A model generated the notes under the pieces. It searched no databases. It saw only the letters and a program-made list of their open reading frames with translations, and was not told the DNA's origin. The position numbers and the translations under genes are program-made. Positions 27,942 to 37,177 of a stretch of DNA of 64,000 bases are shown here, in pieces. Position 1 is the first letter of the stretch; every line of letters starts with the position of its first letter. Source of the DNA: Alphaproteobacteria bacterium (GTDB lineage: Bacteria > Pseudomonadota > Alphaproteobacteria > RF32 > CAG-239); the NCBI GenBank assembly GCA_045633945.1, contig JAZQZH010000003.1, positions 250 to 64,249 on the forward strand, given 5' to 3'.

Positions 27942-30146
27942 ATGAAAGATATTAGCAAAAATATAGCTCTTAATATTATTAAACGCATTCATAAAGAACA
28001 ATCTGTTGAAAATATATCAGACAAGTTTCTTGCAATTATGAAAATCATTTCTGAAGAAACATCTGCAAAATCAGTTGATCTATACGTTAAGGTTGATGAT
28101 GTATCATTAGAAGGGATTGCAAGTTTTCCTATTTCGGAAGATGCTAAGTCTATTCGAATTGGTGATGGTGTTGTCGGTAAAGTTGGCGGTGATAATCAAA
28201 CATCTTTCGCTGCTAGTAAAAAAAGCTTTCAAATGGCGCTGCCAATTAAAAGATGGTCCAAAACCATAGGTGTTTTATCTTTAGAGTATAAAAAGTCTCA
28301 TGAATATAATGAGGAAGAGATCGAGTCGTTAGAAACTGTTTGTATGTTCTTAAGTGAATATATTTCATCAGAAGATATTTCTTTATACATTAAAAAACTT
28401 ATAAAAAGCAGAGGTATTATTTCTAAAGATAAGTTAAAAGGAGTAGTTATAAACCCTGGTTATGGAATAGGTAATGTTGTTGTGCATAGGCGCAGAAGAG
28501 CCGTTGCAGAGGTTTTTGCAAAAGATAAAGACAAAGAAATTGAAAAATTAGAAGATGCAAGACAAAAAATGAACAAAGATCTTGAGCAAAAATTTAATCA
28601 AGAAAAGTTAAATAATACAGAGCAAGTCGAGATACTTGATGCTTACCGTATGATAGCGAATGATAAAGGCTGGTATAAGCGCATAACAAATCACATAAAT
28701 TCTGGTCTAACTGCAGAAGCTGCAGTTGAGCAAGCATATACAGAGATGTGGAATAGATTATCAGGGGCAACAGATGCATACTTGAAAGAAAGATTGCATG
28801 ATTTGCGAGATATAGCTGATAGATTGCGCTTATATTTAAGTGGTGAAGATTGTAATGTTGATACCAATAAATACGAAGAGATTATCATTGTTGCCACATC
28901 CATGGGGCCTGCAGACCTTATGGATTACGATTACAAAAAGATAAGAGGTCTAATAATAGAAGAGTGTACACCTACAATGCACGTATCAATCGTTGCAAAA
29001 ACTCTTAATGTGCCTGTTATTTCTGGTATTGATGGTTTATTTAAAGAAGTTAAAGAAGGGAGTATAATTTCAATCGATGGAAGAGAAGGAGTCGTTGTTG
29101 TAAATCCATCTCAATCTGTAATTGATAAAATCTCTAAAAAAATAGAAGCAAAATTAAATGAACAAAAACAAATAGAAAAATTAAAAAACTTAAAAAGTAA
29201 GACTAAAGACAAAGAGCGTGTTAATCTTTATATCAATATTGGTATGGATTTTGATTTTGATAATATTATAAAAACAAATTGTGATGGTGTGGGTTTATAT
29301 AGAACTGAAATACCTTTTATGTCCTCAGAAAAAATGCCTGATATTGATAAACAAGTAGATTGCTATAAACGTCTTTATGAAGCATCAGCTGGTAAAAAGA
29401 TTATTTTTAGAAGCCTTGATGTTGGCTCAGATAAATTGTTGCCATATTGGAATAGTATAACAGAAGAAAATCCTGCTATTGGATGGCGTTCGATTCGTAT
29501 AACTCTTGATCGAAGGGCAATTTTAAGAAAACAAATGCGTGCATTTATACGAGCAGCTGCAGGTAAAGAGTTGAATGTTATGTTTCCGATGATTTCTAAC
29601 TTAGATGAGTTTTTAGAGGCAAGAGAAACATTTATGTTCGCATATGAGCATGAGAAAAAGATGGGGTCTTCACTGCCATTAAAAGTAAATTTAGGAATGA
29701 TGATAGAGGTTCCATCTGTGGTATTTCAATTACGTGAAATCTTAAAATATTGTGATTTTATTTCTGTTGGAACAAATGATTTATATCAATTTTTCTTTGC
29801 ATGTGATAGAGGAAATCCTCGGCTTGATGGAAGATATGATGTTTTATCGGCTCCATTTTTAAATTTAATGAGAAAAATTATAAAAGAAGCTAACATGGCT
29901 AATGTTCCATGCTCAGTATGTGGCGAAATGGCGAGTTCCCCAATTGACGCAATGGCATTAATTGGTCTAGGGTTTAGAAATTTATCAGTATCAAGTGCTT
30001 CATACGGTAAGGTGAAAGCTATGATAAGATCTTTATCAGCAAAAGGTATAGAAGACTACTTAAATAATATATTGTCATCATCTCGCAAGACACTGCGCCC
30101 GCAATTAAAGTCGTATGCAGTTGATCACGCTATTGAAATCTATTAA
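27942..30146 (+). CDS. ptsP: Phosphoenolpyruvate-protein phosphotransferase PtsP (EI-Ntr, with an N-terminal GAF domain)
   Basis: 734 aa with a GAF-like N-terminus, the phospho-histidine region ECTPTMHVSIVAKTLNVPV, and PEP-utilising C-terminal motifs GLYRTEIPF and SVGTNDLYQF. Confidence 0.85.
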   Translation: MKDISKNIALNIIKRIHKEQSVENISDKFLAIMKIISEETSAKSVDLYVKVDDVSLEGIASFPISEDAKSIRIGDGVVGKVGGDNQTSFAASKKSFQMALPIKRWSKTIGVLSLEYKKSHEYNEEEIESLETVCMFLSEYISSEDISLYIKKLIKSRGIISKDKLKGVVINPGYGIGNVVVHRRRRAVAEVFAKDKDKEIEKLEDARQKMNKDLEQKFNQEKLNNTEQVEILDAYRMIANDKGWYKRITNHINSGLTAEAAVEQAYTEMWNRLSGATDAYLKERLHDLRDIADRLRLYLSGEDCNVDTNKYEEIIIVATSMGPADLMDYDYKKIRGLIIEECTPTMHVSIVAKTLNVPVISGIDGLFKEVKEGSIISIDGREGVVVVNPSQSVIDKISKKIEAKLNEQKQIEKLKNLKSKTKDKERVNLYINIGMDFDFDNIIKTNCDGVGLYRTEIPFMSSEKMPDIDKQVDCYKRLYEASAGKKIIFRSLDVGSDKLLPYWNSITEENPAIGWRSIRITLDRRAILRKQMRAFIRAAAGKELNVMFPMISNLDEFLEARETFMFAYEHEKKMGSSLPLKVNLGMMIEVPSVVFQLREILKYCDFISVGTNDLYQFFFACDRGNPRLDGRYDVLSAPFLNLMRKIIKEANMANVPCSVCGEMASSPIDAMALIGLGFRNLSVSSASYGKVKAMIRSLSAKGIEDYLNNILSSSRKTLRPQLKSYAVDHAIEIY

Positions 30147-30178
30147 ATTTTATGTTTTAATACTTAAAATAAATTTTA

Positions 30179-31015
30179 ATGAAAGTTGTAACAATGGAAA
30201 ATACAGAAGATTTAGAAATAGATATAGACGATATAGGAGCAATTCTTAAAAGCAGTCGTCTTAAAAATAAAAAAAGTTTAGAAGATGTGTCTTCAGAACT
30301 TTGCATTCGAAAAATATATTTATCAGCAATAGAAGAGGGGGATTATGAAACATTGCCACCTGTTCCATATGGTATAGGATATGTTAGAACATATGCAAAT
30401 TACCTTGGTTTGAGTTCAGAAAGAGCCGTAAGGCTATATAAAGCTGCGGCACTGTTGGTTGAAGAGCAAAATAAAGTAGAAGAAGAGGTTGTTGTTCAAG
30501 AGGCAAAAAAAGGTAATCGCAAACATTTTGTGTATGGTTTAATAGCTTTGCTTATGCTTTATTTGTGTTGGGGAATGTTAAGTAGCAATAAGAAGCTACA
30601 TATAGATGATGATAAAGTTTCTGAAGTTGTAGTAAAAGAAGAAGCTGATATTAACGAAGGTGTTGAAACTTATGAAGAAAACAAAACTCAAGAAGATATT
30701 CTAATAAAAGAAGAAGAGATAAAAGTAGAGGTTGTTGCTAAAACAGATGACGAAGAATTAAAAAAAGAGAACTTAAACGATAATAAAGTTAGAGTAATTT
30801 TTAACGGAGAAAGCTGGGTGGAATTAAAAAGAAAAGGTAAAGTTTATTTTCAAGGAGTTTTCCACGAAGGTGATGTAAAAGAAATAGATTATATAGATAA
30901 TTTATTTGTATCTATTGGACGCCCTAAAAATGTAGAAATTTATGTTAATGGCATAAAAAAGGATCATCTAGCTAAAAGACGCAAAACAAATATACCAGTT
31001 GATTCGTTGGAATAA
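30179..31015 (+). CDS. RodZ-like protein (HTH, TM segment, C-terminal DUF4115-like domain)
   Basis: N-terminal HTH LKSSRLKNKKSLEDVSSELCIRKIYLSAIEEG, TM segment FVYGLIALLMLYLCWGML, and a C-terminal beta domain VRVIFNGESWVELK... Confidence 0.6.
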   Translation: MKVVTMENTEDLEIDIDDIGAILKSSRLKNKKSLEDVSSELCIRKIYLSAIEEGDYETLPPVPYGIGYVRTYANYLGLSSERAVRLYKAAALLVEEQNKVEEEVVVQEAKKGNRKHFVYGLIALLMLYLCWGMLSSNKKLHIDDDKVSEVVVKEEADINEGVETYEENKTQEDILIKEEEIKVEVVAKTDDEELKKENLNDNKVRVIFNGESWVELKRKGKVYFQGVFHEGDVKEIDYIDNLFVSIGRPKNVEIYVNGIKKDHLAKRRKTNIPVDSLE

Positions 31016-31081
31016 AAATAAGTTGCAAAATTAAAAAAAACTGGTAGAAAGCAGAAAAAATAATCAAAAGGAAGTGTTTTA

Positions 31082-32155
31082 ATGAATTTTCAAGAAAAGT
31101 TATCTGGTGTTGTTAGTCGTTTTGAAGAAGTACAAGCATTACTTTCAATGCCTAACGTTGCATCAGAAGAGCTAGTTAAATTAAATAAAGAAATAGCTAA
31201 TTTAGAGCCAATTGTAGAGGCTATTAATAATTATCAACGTATCGAAACAAGTTTTGAAGACGCTAAAGAAATGAAGGATGATACTTCATTAGATAAAGAG
31301 ATGCGTGAACTTGCAGAAACGGAATATTATGAGCTAAAAGATAAGTTGCCAGAATTAGAAAGAGAAATAAAAGTGCTTTTACTTCCTAAGGAAGAAGATG
31401 ATGAAAAAAATGCGATTCTTGAGGTGAGAGCTGGAACTGGTGGAGATGAGGCAGCGCTTTTTGCTGCAGTTTTATTTGAAATGTATCAACGCTATTCACA
31501 AAAACAAGGTTGGCGTTTTGAGATTTTAGATGCTAATGAGAATGGTATAGGTGGATATAAAGAGGCTTCTGCAAAAATTACAGGTAAAGATGTTTTTGCT
31601 AAATTAAAATTTGAATCAGGGGCTCATCGTGTGCAACGTGTCCCAGTAACAGAATCTCAAGGAAGAGTGCATACATCAGCAGCAACAGTTGCGGTATTAC
31701 CTGAAATTGAAGAGGTGGATTTATATATCAATCCTGCAGATTTAAAAATTGATGTGTATAGAGCATCAGGTGCTGGTGGGCAGCACGTTAACAGAACGGA
31801 GTCTGCTGTTCGTATTACGCATATTCCAACCGGTATTATTGTTCAATGCCAAGATGATAGATCACAATTTAAAAATAAAGAGAAAGCAATGAACCATTTG
31901 CGTGCCAAACTGTATGATACTCAAAAAGCAAGCATTGATGCAACATATTCTGAAAAGCGTAAATTGCAAGTGGGATCTGGTGATAGAAGCGAGAGAATTA
32001 GAACATATAACTATCCGCAAGGTCGTGTAACAGATCACCGCATCAATTTAACATTATATAAATTAGATGATGTAGTAAATGGTGAGTGTTTAGATGAAAT
32101 TATTGATGCTCTAATAACAGAAGATCAGGCAGAGCGTTTAGCTGAGATTGATTAA
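31082..32155 (+). CDS. prfA: Peptide chain release factor 1
   Basis: GGQ motif SGAGGQHVNRTESAVRITH and the RF1-type PVT tripeptide in RVQRVPVTESQGRVHTS. Confidence 0.92.
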   Translation: MNFQEKLSGVVSRFEEVQALLSMPNVASEELVKLNKEIANLEPIVEAINNYQRIETSFEDAKEMKDDTSLDKEMRELAETEYYELKDKLPELEREIKVLLLPKEEDDEKNAILEVRAGTGGDEAALFAAVLFEMYQRYSQKQGWRFEILDANENGIGGYKEASAKITGKDVFAKLKFESGAHRVQRVPVTESQGRVHTSAATVAVLPEIEEVDLYINPADLKIDVYRASGAGGQHVNRTESAVRITHIPTGIIVQCQDDRSQFKNKEKAMNHLRAKLYDTQKASIDATYSEKRKLQVGSGDRSERIRTYNYPQGRVTDHRINLTLYKLDDVVNGECLDEIIDALITEDQAERLAEID

Positions 32156-32171
32156 GTTTTTGTCATAAAGG

Positions 32172-32200
32172 TTGACATGCTTTGAAATTTATGATATAAA
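32172..32200 (+). promoter_or_regulatory. Near-consensus sigma70 promoter (TTGACA, 17-nt spacer, TATAAA)
   Basis: TTGACA at 32172-32177 and TATAAA at 32195-32200, 33 nt upstream of ATG 32233. Confidence 0.45.
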
Positions 32201-32232
32201 AGACAGAGAAATAAATTAAAAATATATTAGTT

Positions 32233-32520
32233 ATGGCTGAATTATTGGCAAGAAAGAGCTGGTCAAACGCATCAGCTTTCATTGAGATGAACGTTGAAAC
32301 AGGTGATGTTCGAGTTTATGGTAAGTTCTATAGTTATGACGGATATCGTCGAGTTAGCTGTGATGGTCCTCGCACCAATTGGTTTAAGAGAGTGCCTCAA
32401 GAGCTTATGGATGAAGCGAAAAAAGTAAGTTGGTGTGACGAGAAGTCTCAAGAACTCGAGGATTTCTGTAATGAGGTATGGCAAGAAGCAAAACAGCTTG
32501 AGCCATGGTTTGAATACTAG
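32233..32520 (+). CDS. Small hypothetical protein (95 aa, Trp/Cys-containing)
   Basis: A monocistronic unit with its own promoter and terminator. No recognisable motif. Confidence 0.5.
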   Translation: MAELLARKSWSNASAFIEMNVETGDVRVYGKFYSYDGYRRVSCDGPRTNWFKRVPQELMDEAKKVSWCDEKSQELEDFCNEVWQEAKQLEPWFEY

Positions 32521-32543
32521 AACATCTCAAATGTAACACTAAA

Positions 32544-32571
32544 GGCTCTACCATATGGTAGAGCTTTTTTG
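32544..32571 (+). terminator. Rho-independent terminator
   Basis: GCTCTACC, an ATAT loop and GGTAGAGC, followed by TTTTTT. Confidence 0.75.
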
Positions 32572-32722
32572 TTATTAAATATAAAAAAAATCACGCAATA
32601 TAATTTAAATGTAATGTATATTCAATGTGTTAGTTTTGTAACAAAATGTAACATCTTTTTAAAAGATTTTTTTAAAAAATATGTTATATAGGCAGTAAAT
32701 GACGATTTTAAAGGGGTTTAAT

Positions 32723-33751
32723 ATGTCAAATTTACTTAAAGTAGCCGTAATTGGCGCAGGAATGATGGGACGTAACCATCTAAAAACATATAAAACATTA
32801 CAAGGTGTTGAGCTTGTTGGTGTATATGATATTTTTTCAGAAAATGCAATTAAAGCAGCAGAAATGTTTGGGATAAAAGCATTTAATTCATTAGAAGAAG
32901 TTGCTCATAATGTTGATGCTGTAAGCGTTGTAACAACATCTGTTGCTCACTGTGAAGTTGGTGAGTTTTTCTTAAATAAAGGTATTCACTGTATGATAGA
33001 AAAGCCACTAGCAACAACTGAAGAAGAGTGTATGCGTTTAATAAATGCAGCAAAAAATAACAACGCAACATTGCTTGTTGGTCACATTGAGCGTTTTAAT
33101 CCTGCTGTTGAGCAAATGGGTAAAATTTTATCAGATACTAATAAAATACGTTCATTAACTGCTCAACGTATGTCTGCTGCTTCAGGTCGTATTACAGACG
33201 TTGATGTTGCTATGGATTTGATGATACATGACGTTGAAGTTATCCAATCTTTGGTTAAATCAGATGTTGTAAATGTTCTAGCGTCTTCAGTTAGAACACC
33301 AGGACACGAGAGTGGTAAAGATTATATTACGGCTGTTTTAGAGTTTGAAAATGGCGCAACTGCTAATATTACAGCAAGCCGTATAACACAAGCTCGTGTT
33401 AGAACTTTAACAGTTACAACAGATACAAACTATATTGATATGGATTTTATCAATCAAAGCATCAACGTGCATTCACAAGGACGTATGCCTTATATTAATC
33501 AAGAGGAAATTCCTGAATGGATGAATTATGGATTAAAAGGTAGTGTTGAGCAATTATTCATTCCAACAAACCAACCATTGCAAGCAGAATTGTCTCACTT
33601 TGTTGATTGTATAAATGGAAAGGCAACACCAAGAATTAGTGGAGAGAATGCACTTTCAGCTCTTCGTGTTGTTTGGAAAATTCAAGATGCACTTGGCTTT
33701 ACTCGTACAATTTCAACAAATAATGAATTTGAAGTTAGAAAAGCTGCATAA
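32723..33751 (+). CDS. Gfo/Idh/MocA-family oxidoreductase
   Basis: LKVAVIGAGMMGRNH Rossmann motif and the EKPLA motif. ATG 32723 is preceded by AAGGGG; the track start is 32699. Confidence 0.8.
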   Translation: MSNLLKVAVIGAGMMGRNHLKTYKTLQGVELVGVYDIFSENAIKAAEMFGIKAFNSLEEVAHNVDAVSVVTTSVAHCEVGEFFLNKGIHCMIEKPLATTEEECMRLINAAKNNNATLLVGHIERFNPAVEQMGKILSDTNKIRSLTAQRMSAASGRITDVDVAMDLMIHDVEVIQSLVKSDVVNVLASSVRTPGHESGKDYITAVLEFENGATANITASRITQARVRTLTVTTDTNYIDMDFINQSINVHSQGRMPYINQEEIPEWMNYGLKGSVEQLFIPTNQPLQAELSHFVDCINGKATPRISGENALSALRVVWKIQDALGFTRTISTNNEFEVRKAA

Positions 33752-33754
33752 TAT

Positions 33755-34495
33755 ATGCGATATAAAATAACGATAGAATATGAAGGCACTAACCTCTTGG
33801 GCTGGCAAAAGCAAAAAGAAGGGGTTAGTGCTCAATATTATTTAGAAGAAGCTATTTTAGGATTTTCTCATCAAAATGTTGAGGTGATTGCAGCAGGGCG
33901 CACAGACGCAGGAGTTCATGCAACAGGGCAGGTTGCTCATTTCGATCTAGATACGTCTATGGATTTGTTTCATTTAAGAGAGGCAATCAACGCAAGATTG
34001 AGAATATTAGAGGCGCCTGTTTCTGTTATTGAAGCAGAGGAAGTTAGCAATGAATTTCATGCAAGATTTTCAGCAATAGGAAGAGGGTATATATATAGAG
34101 TGCTAAATAGGCGTGCTCCTTCTGTATTATTAAAAAATAGGGTATGGTCTGTTGGATATCCGTTAGATGTTGAAAAAATGCGTGAAGGTGCAAAATATTT
34201 ATTAGGAAATCATGATTTCTCATCATTTAGAGGCGCTGGATGCCAGGCTAAATCTCCTGTAAAAACTCTAGATAAATTGGATATTGTTGTAAATAAAGAT
34301 GAAATAGATTTTATTGTTGAAGCTCGCTCCTTCATATATCATCAAGTGCGAAACATGGTTGGTACATTAAAATGTGTTGGAGAAGGAAAGATTTCCCCTG
34401 AAGATGTTAAAATAATATTAGAGAAAAAAGATAGAAAATACGCAGGACCAACTGCGCCAGCTTGCGGACTTTATCTAAATAAAGTAATGTACTAA
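33755..34495 (+). CDS. truA: tRNA pseudouridine(38-40) synthase
   Basis: MRYKITIEYEGTNLLGWQKQ...AAGRTDAGVHATGQVAHFD is the canonical TruA sequence. Confidence 0.92.
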   Translation: MRYKITIEYEGTNLLGWQKQKEGVSAQYYLEEAILGFSHQNVEVIAAGRTDAGVHATGQVAHFDLDTSMDLFHLREAINARLRILEAPVSVIEAEEVSNEFHARFSAIGRGYIYRVLNRRAPSVLLKNRVWSVGYPLDVEKMREGAKYLLGNHDFSSFRGAGCQAKSPVKTLDKLDIVVNKDEIDFIVEARSFIYHQVRNMVGTLKCVGEGKISPEDVKIILEKKDRKYAGPTAPACGLYLNKVMY

Positions 34496-34899
34496 TATGT
34501 CTTATTGTGAGTAAATGCGTTTTCGATTCTTTTTATGGAAAATGGAAGTTTCACAAAAAAGACATCAAATTGTATATGATAAGAACTATATTTTTTATGG
34601 TGTTTTATAAAGAAAGAGCTGCTGTTAACGATTCTTTTTTGCTGGTTTGTTGTAATTGCTGAAAGAAAATCTTTATCGCTGCGTCTTTTTTTTACTTCAC
34701 AAAAAAATAATCTTTTATTTTTTAGAGCAATAAAATCAATTTCTCCATAAGGAGTCTTTTTTCCTGTGCCACATCTATAATTTTTTTCAATAATCGAATA
34801 ACCTTTAAGTCTCATATACATGCGACAAATAAATTCGGCAATATGCCCTGATTTATTAGGGTTTATTTTTAATTTCCAAAGCTTTGTCATATACGTCAC
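34492..34899 (-). CDS. yraN: YraN-family (UPF0102) endonuclease-like protein
   Basis: GEIDFIALKNKRLFFCEVKKR core. It lies downstream of rsmI as in many proteobacteria. The start is uncertain because the ORF overlaps the rsmI 3' end. Confidence 0.7.
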   Translation of the reverse strand: MTYMTKLWKLKINPNKSGHIAEFICRMYMRLKGYSIIEKNYRCGTGKKTPYGEIDFIALKNKRLFFCEVKKRRSDKDFLSAITTNQQKRIVNSSSFFIKHHKKYSSYHIQFDVFFVKLPFSIKRIENAFTHNKTY

Positions 34900-35692
34900 T
34901 TTTTTTTATTTTATACATTTCAGAAATTTTCTTTACTGCATCTTTTAGTGATGAGTTCTTAAGTTCTTCCTCTAGAAGAACATTCCATTCAATAAAAGAT
35001 GTATCTTCTTTACAAGGAGGTGCTATTACTAAAACAATTTCTCCTTTTATTGGATTTTCTAATATTCTATTTTTTACTTCTAAAATTGAACCTGTTATAC
35101 ATTCTTCATACATTTTAGTTATTTCTCGAATGACAGATATTTCTCGATTCTTCATAATCGCCTCAATGGCTTCAAGTGTTTTATCGAGTCTATTGGCTGT
35201 TTCATAAAGAACAAGAGTTGAGTTTATATTGTTAAGTTCTTCAATAAAGTCTTTTCTAGCCTTATCTTTGTTCGGAACAAATCCAGCAAACATAAATCTA
35301 TTAGTTGGTAATCCTGATAACTGTAAGGCTGAAATTACTGCGCAACAACCAGGAACAGTCGTTACCTTGATGTTTTGTTTTCTGCATTCTTTCACAAGTT
35401 TATATCCTGGATCAGATATTAAAGGAGAGCCTGCATCGCTAACTAATGCAACACTATTTCCAGATTGTAAAATACTTATTATAAAATCAACCTTTTCTTG
35501 TTCAAAATGATCTTCATAAGCTATAAATTTTTTCTTTAATGAGATACCGCAAAGTGTAAATAATTTTTTAGTATTTCTGGTGTCTTCAGCTGCTACAAAA
35601 TCAACAGTATTTAATACTTCTTTTGCTCTTATAGATAAATCTGCTAAGTTGCCAATTGGTGTAGCAACAATATATAAACATGCATTAGTCAT
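34856..35692 (-). CDS. rsmI: 16S rRNA (cytidine1402-2'-O)-methyltransferase
   Basis: LYIVATPIGNLADLSIRAKEVL...AAEDTR... and SDAGSPLISDPG motifs. Confidence 0.88.
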   Translation of the reverse strand: MTNACLYIVATPIGNLADLSIRAKEVLNTVDFVAAEDTRNTKKLFTLCGISLKKKFIAYEDHFEQEKVDFIISILQSGNSVALVSDAGSPLISDPGYKLVKECRKQNIKVTTVPGCCAVISALQLSGLPTNRFMFAGFVPNKDKARKDFIEELNNINSTLVLYETANRLDKTLEAIEAIMKNREISVIREITKMYEECITGSILEVKNRILENPIKGEIVLVIAPPCKEDTSFIEWNVLLEEELKNSSLKDAVKKISEMYKIKKSDVYDKALEIKNKP

Positions 35693-35766
35693 CTTATACT
35701 CTTTACAAAAAATCTTTTTTGTTTTAATTGTTTCTTAATTGTTAAATATTTTAGGAATAAAAGCAA

Positions 35767-37020
35767 GTGTTAAAAAAACTAACTATATTTTTTCTTGTAT
35801 TAGGGCTTTGGAGCTGTAAAAGTCGTCTTACTGATAATAGAATAGAGATATCTGATCATAAATATGATATAATTGATCTAGATGCTGTTAGTCGTGAAAT
35901 GGAAAAGTCAGATTCGCTAAAAGTAGGTGTTTTGCTTCCTCTTAGTGGTAATTTTAAAAGTGTTGGAGCAGGTATGCAAAACGCAATGTTTATGGCATTA
36001 GATGATTTGCAGAATGATAAGTTGGTTTTAGCTTTTTATGATACAGGAAGCACCGGAGTTGGTGCAAAAAAAGCTATACATAAAGCTATAAAAGAAGGAG
36101 CTGAAATAATATTAGGCCCTCTTACAAGTGAAGAGGTTGAGGCTGTTGCTCCGATTGCTGTGTCAGAAAACATACCTGTTGTATCTTTTACAACATCTCC
36201 TCAAGTGTTGCAAAAAGGTGTTTATAGTATTGGTTTGCTTAATGGCGAGCAAATAGAACGAGTGTTAGACTATGCAAATAAACAGGGGAGAAAAAATATT
36301 GCATTGTTGGTTCCTGATAATAATAGTGGACTGAATGTTGTTAAATCAACTATCATGTCAACACAAGGTAAGGATATAGCGTTATCAAAAGTTGGCTTTT
36401 ATAATCCATCAAGTCTTGATTTTACATCTCTTGTAAATAGTATATCTGAAGATAAAGATTTTGACGTTGTTTTAGTGGCAGATGGTGGAAATAGATTAAA
36501 GTCAATAGTTTCAATGTTTGCATATAATGATATAATGTATCCTGATGTTTTATTTATAGGAACTTCTGCTTGGGATAATACCAACCTTAGTAAAGAAACA
36601 ATTCTTTATCATGGTGTTTATCCAATGGTGTCAAAGAGTTATGGAGGATATTTTACTAATAAATATAAAGATATTTTTAGCGAGCAACCAAGAAATATAT
36701 ATCCTATAGCATACGATGGTGTTTTGTTAGCATCAGTTTTATCTAATAAATTTAATCAAAGTTTAGAAGAAAGCTTAACGTCTTCCAAAGGTTTTATTGG
36801 TGTTAATGGATATTTTAAGATATTACCAACAGGACAAAGTCGTCACAGTTTAGAAATATATGAGGTGACCGCAAATGGTCCTAAGGTTGTATCTAAAGGT
36901 GATAAAAATATTGATTATACAGAAAGTGATTTGGATATTCGTTATGTGCCATATAGCTCATTGCCTAAAATTTATGGTAAAAACACCTCAGATGTTTTAT
37001 CATGGTTATATAATAATTAG
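35767..37020 (+). CDS. Lipoprotein with a periplasmic-binding-protein fold; LpoA-like penicillin-binding protein activator candidate
   Basis: Lipobox LGLWSC and a type-1 PBP-like pattern (LKVGVLLPLSGNFKSVGAGMQNA). It is divergent from rsmI, as lpoA is in other proteobacteria. Confidence 0.55.
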   Translation: MLKKLTIFFLVLGLWSCKSRLTDNRIEISDHKYDIIDLDAVSREMEKSDSLKVGVLLPLSGNFKSVGAGMQNAMFMALDDLQNDKLVLAFYDTGSTGVGAKKAIHKAIKEGAEIILGPLTSEEVEAVAPIAVSENIPVVSFTTSPQVLQKGVYSIGLLNGEQIERVLDYANKQGRKNIALLVPDNNSGLNVVKSTIMSTQGKDIALSKVGFYNPSSLDFTSLVNSISEDKDFDVVLVADGGNRLKSIVSMFAYNDIMYPDVLFIGTSAWDNTNLSKETILYHGVYPMVSKSYGGYFTNKYKDIFSEQPRNIYPIAYDGVLLASVLSNKFNQSLEESLTSSKGFIGVNGYFKILPTGQSRHSLEIYEVTANGPKVVSKGDKNIDYTESDLDIRYVPYSSLPKIYGKNTSDVLSWLYNN

Positions 37021-37077
37021 AGTAATCTATATTTTAAACTTGCAAATTAGTATAATTTGAGCAATAAAGTAATTGTA

Positions 37078-37172
37078 ATATGAAGGGTGCAGGGTTGATT
37101 TGCTGCCAACCCGGTCAGGTTCGGAAGAAAGCAGCCGTAACAGTTAAATTGAGGTCTGTATCCCTTCTCCTC
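37078..37172 (+). ncRNA. ffs: Signal recognition particle RNA (small/4.5S type)
   Basis: The conserved domain IV core CCCGGUCAGGUUCGGAAGAAAGCAGCC matches the E. coli CCAGGUCAGGUCCGGAAGGAAGCAGCC. The closing helix pairs AAGGG (37083-37087) with CCCTT (37162-37166). It has the canonical position upstream of dnaX; ends are +/-5 nt. Confidence 0.8.
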
Positions 37173-37177
37173 TAAAG

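Noticed and set aside
32521-32698. Recurrent ATGTAAC/TGTAACA words (32531, 32611, 32636, 32645), also seen at 62590-62610 and as half of the 16706-16723 palindrome
   Set aside because: It could be a shared regulator site, but it is a short AT-rich word with few copies and inconsistent spacing and orientation. It cannot be distinguished from background by eye.
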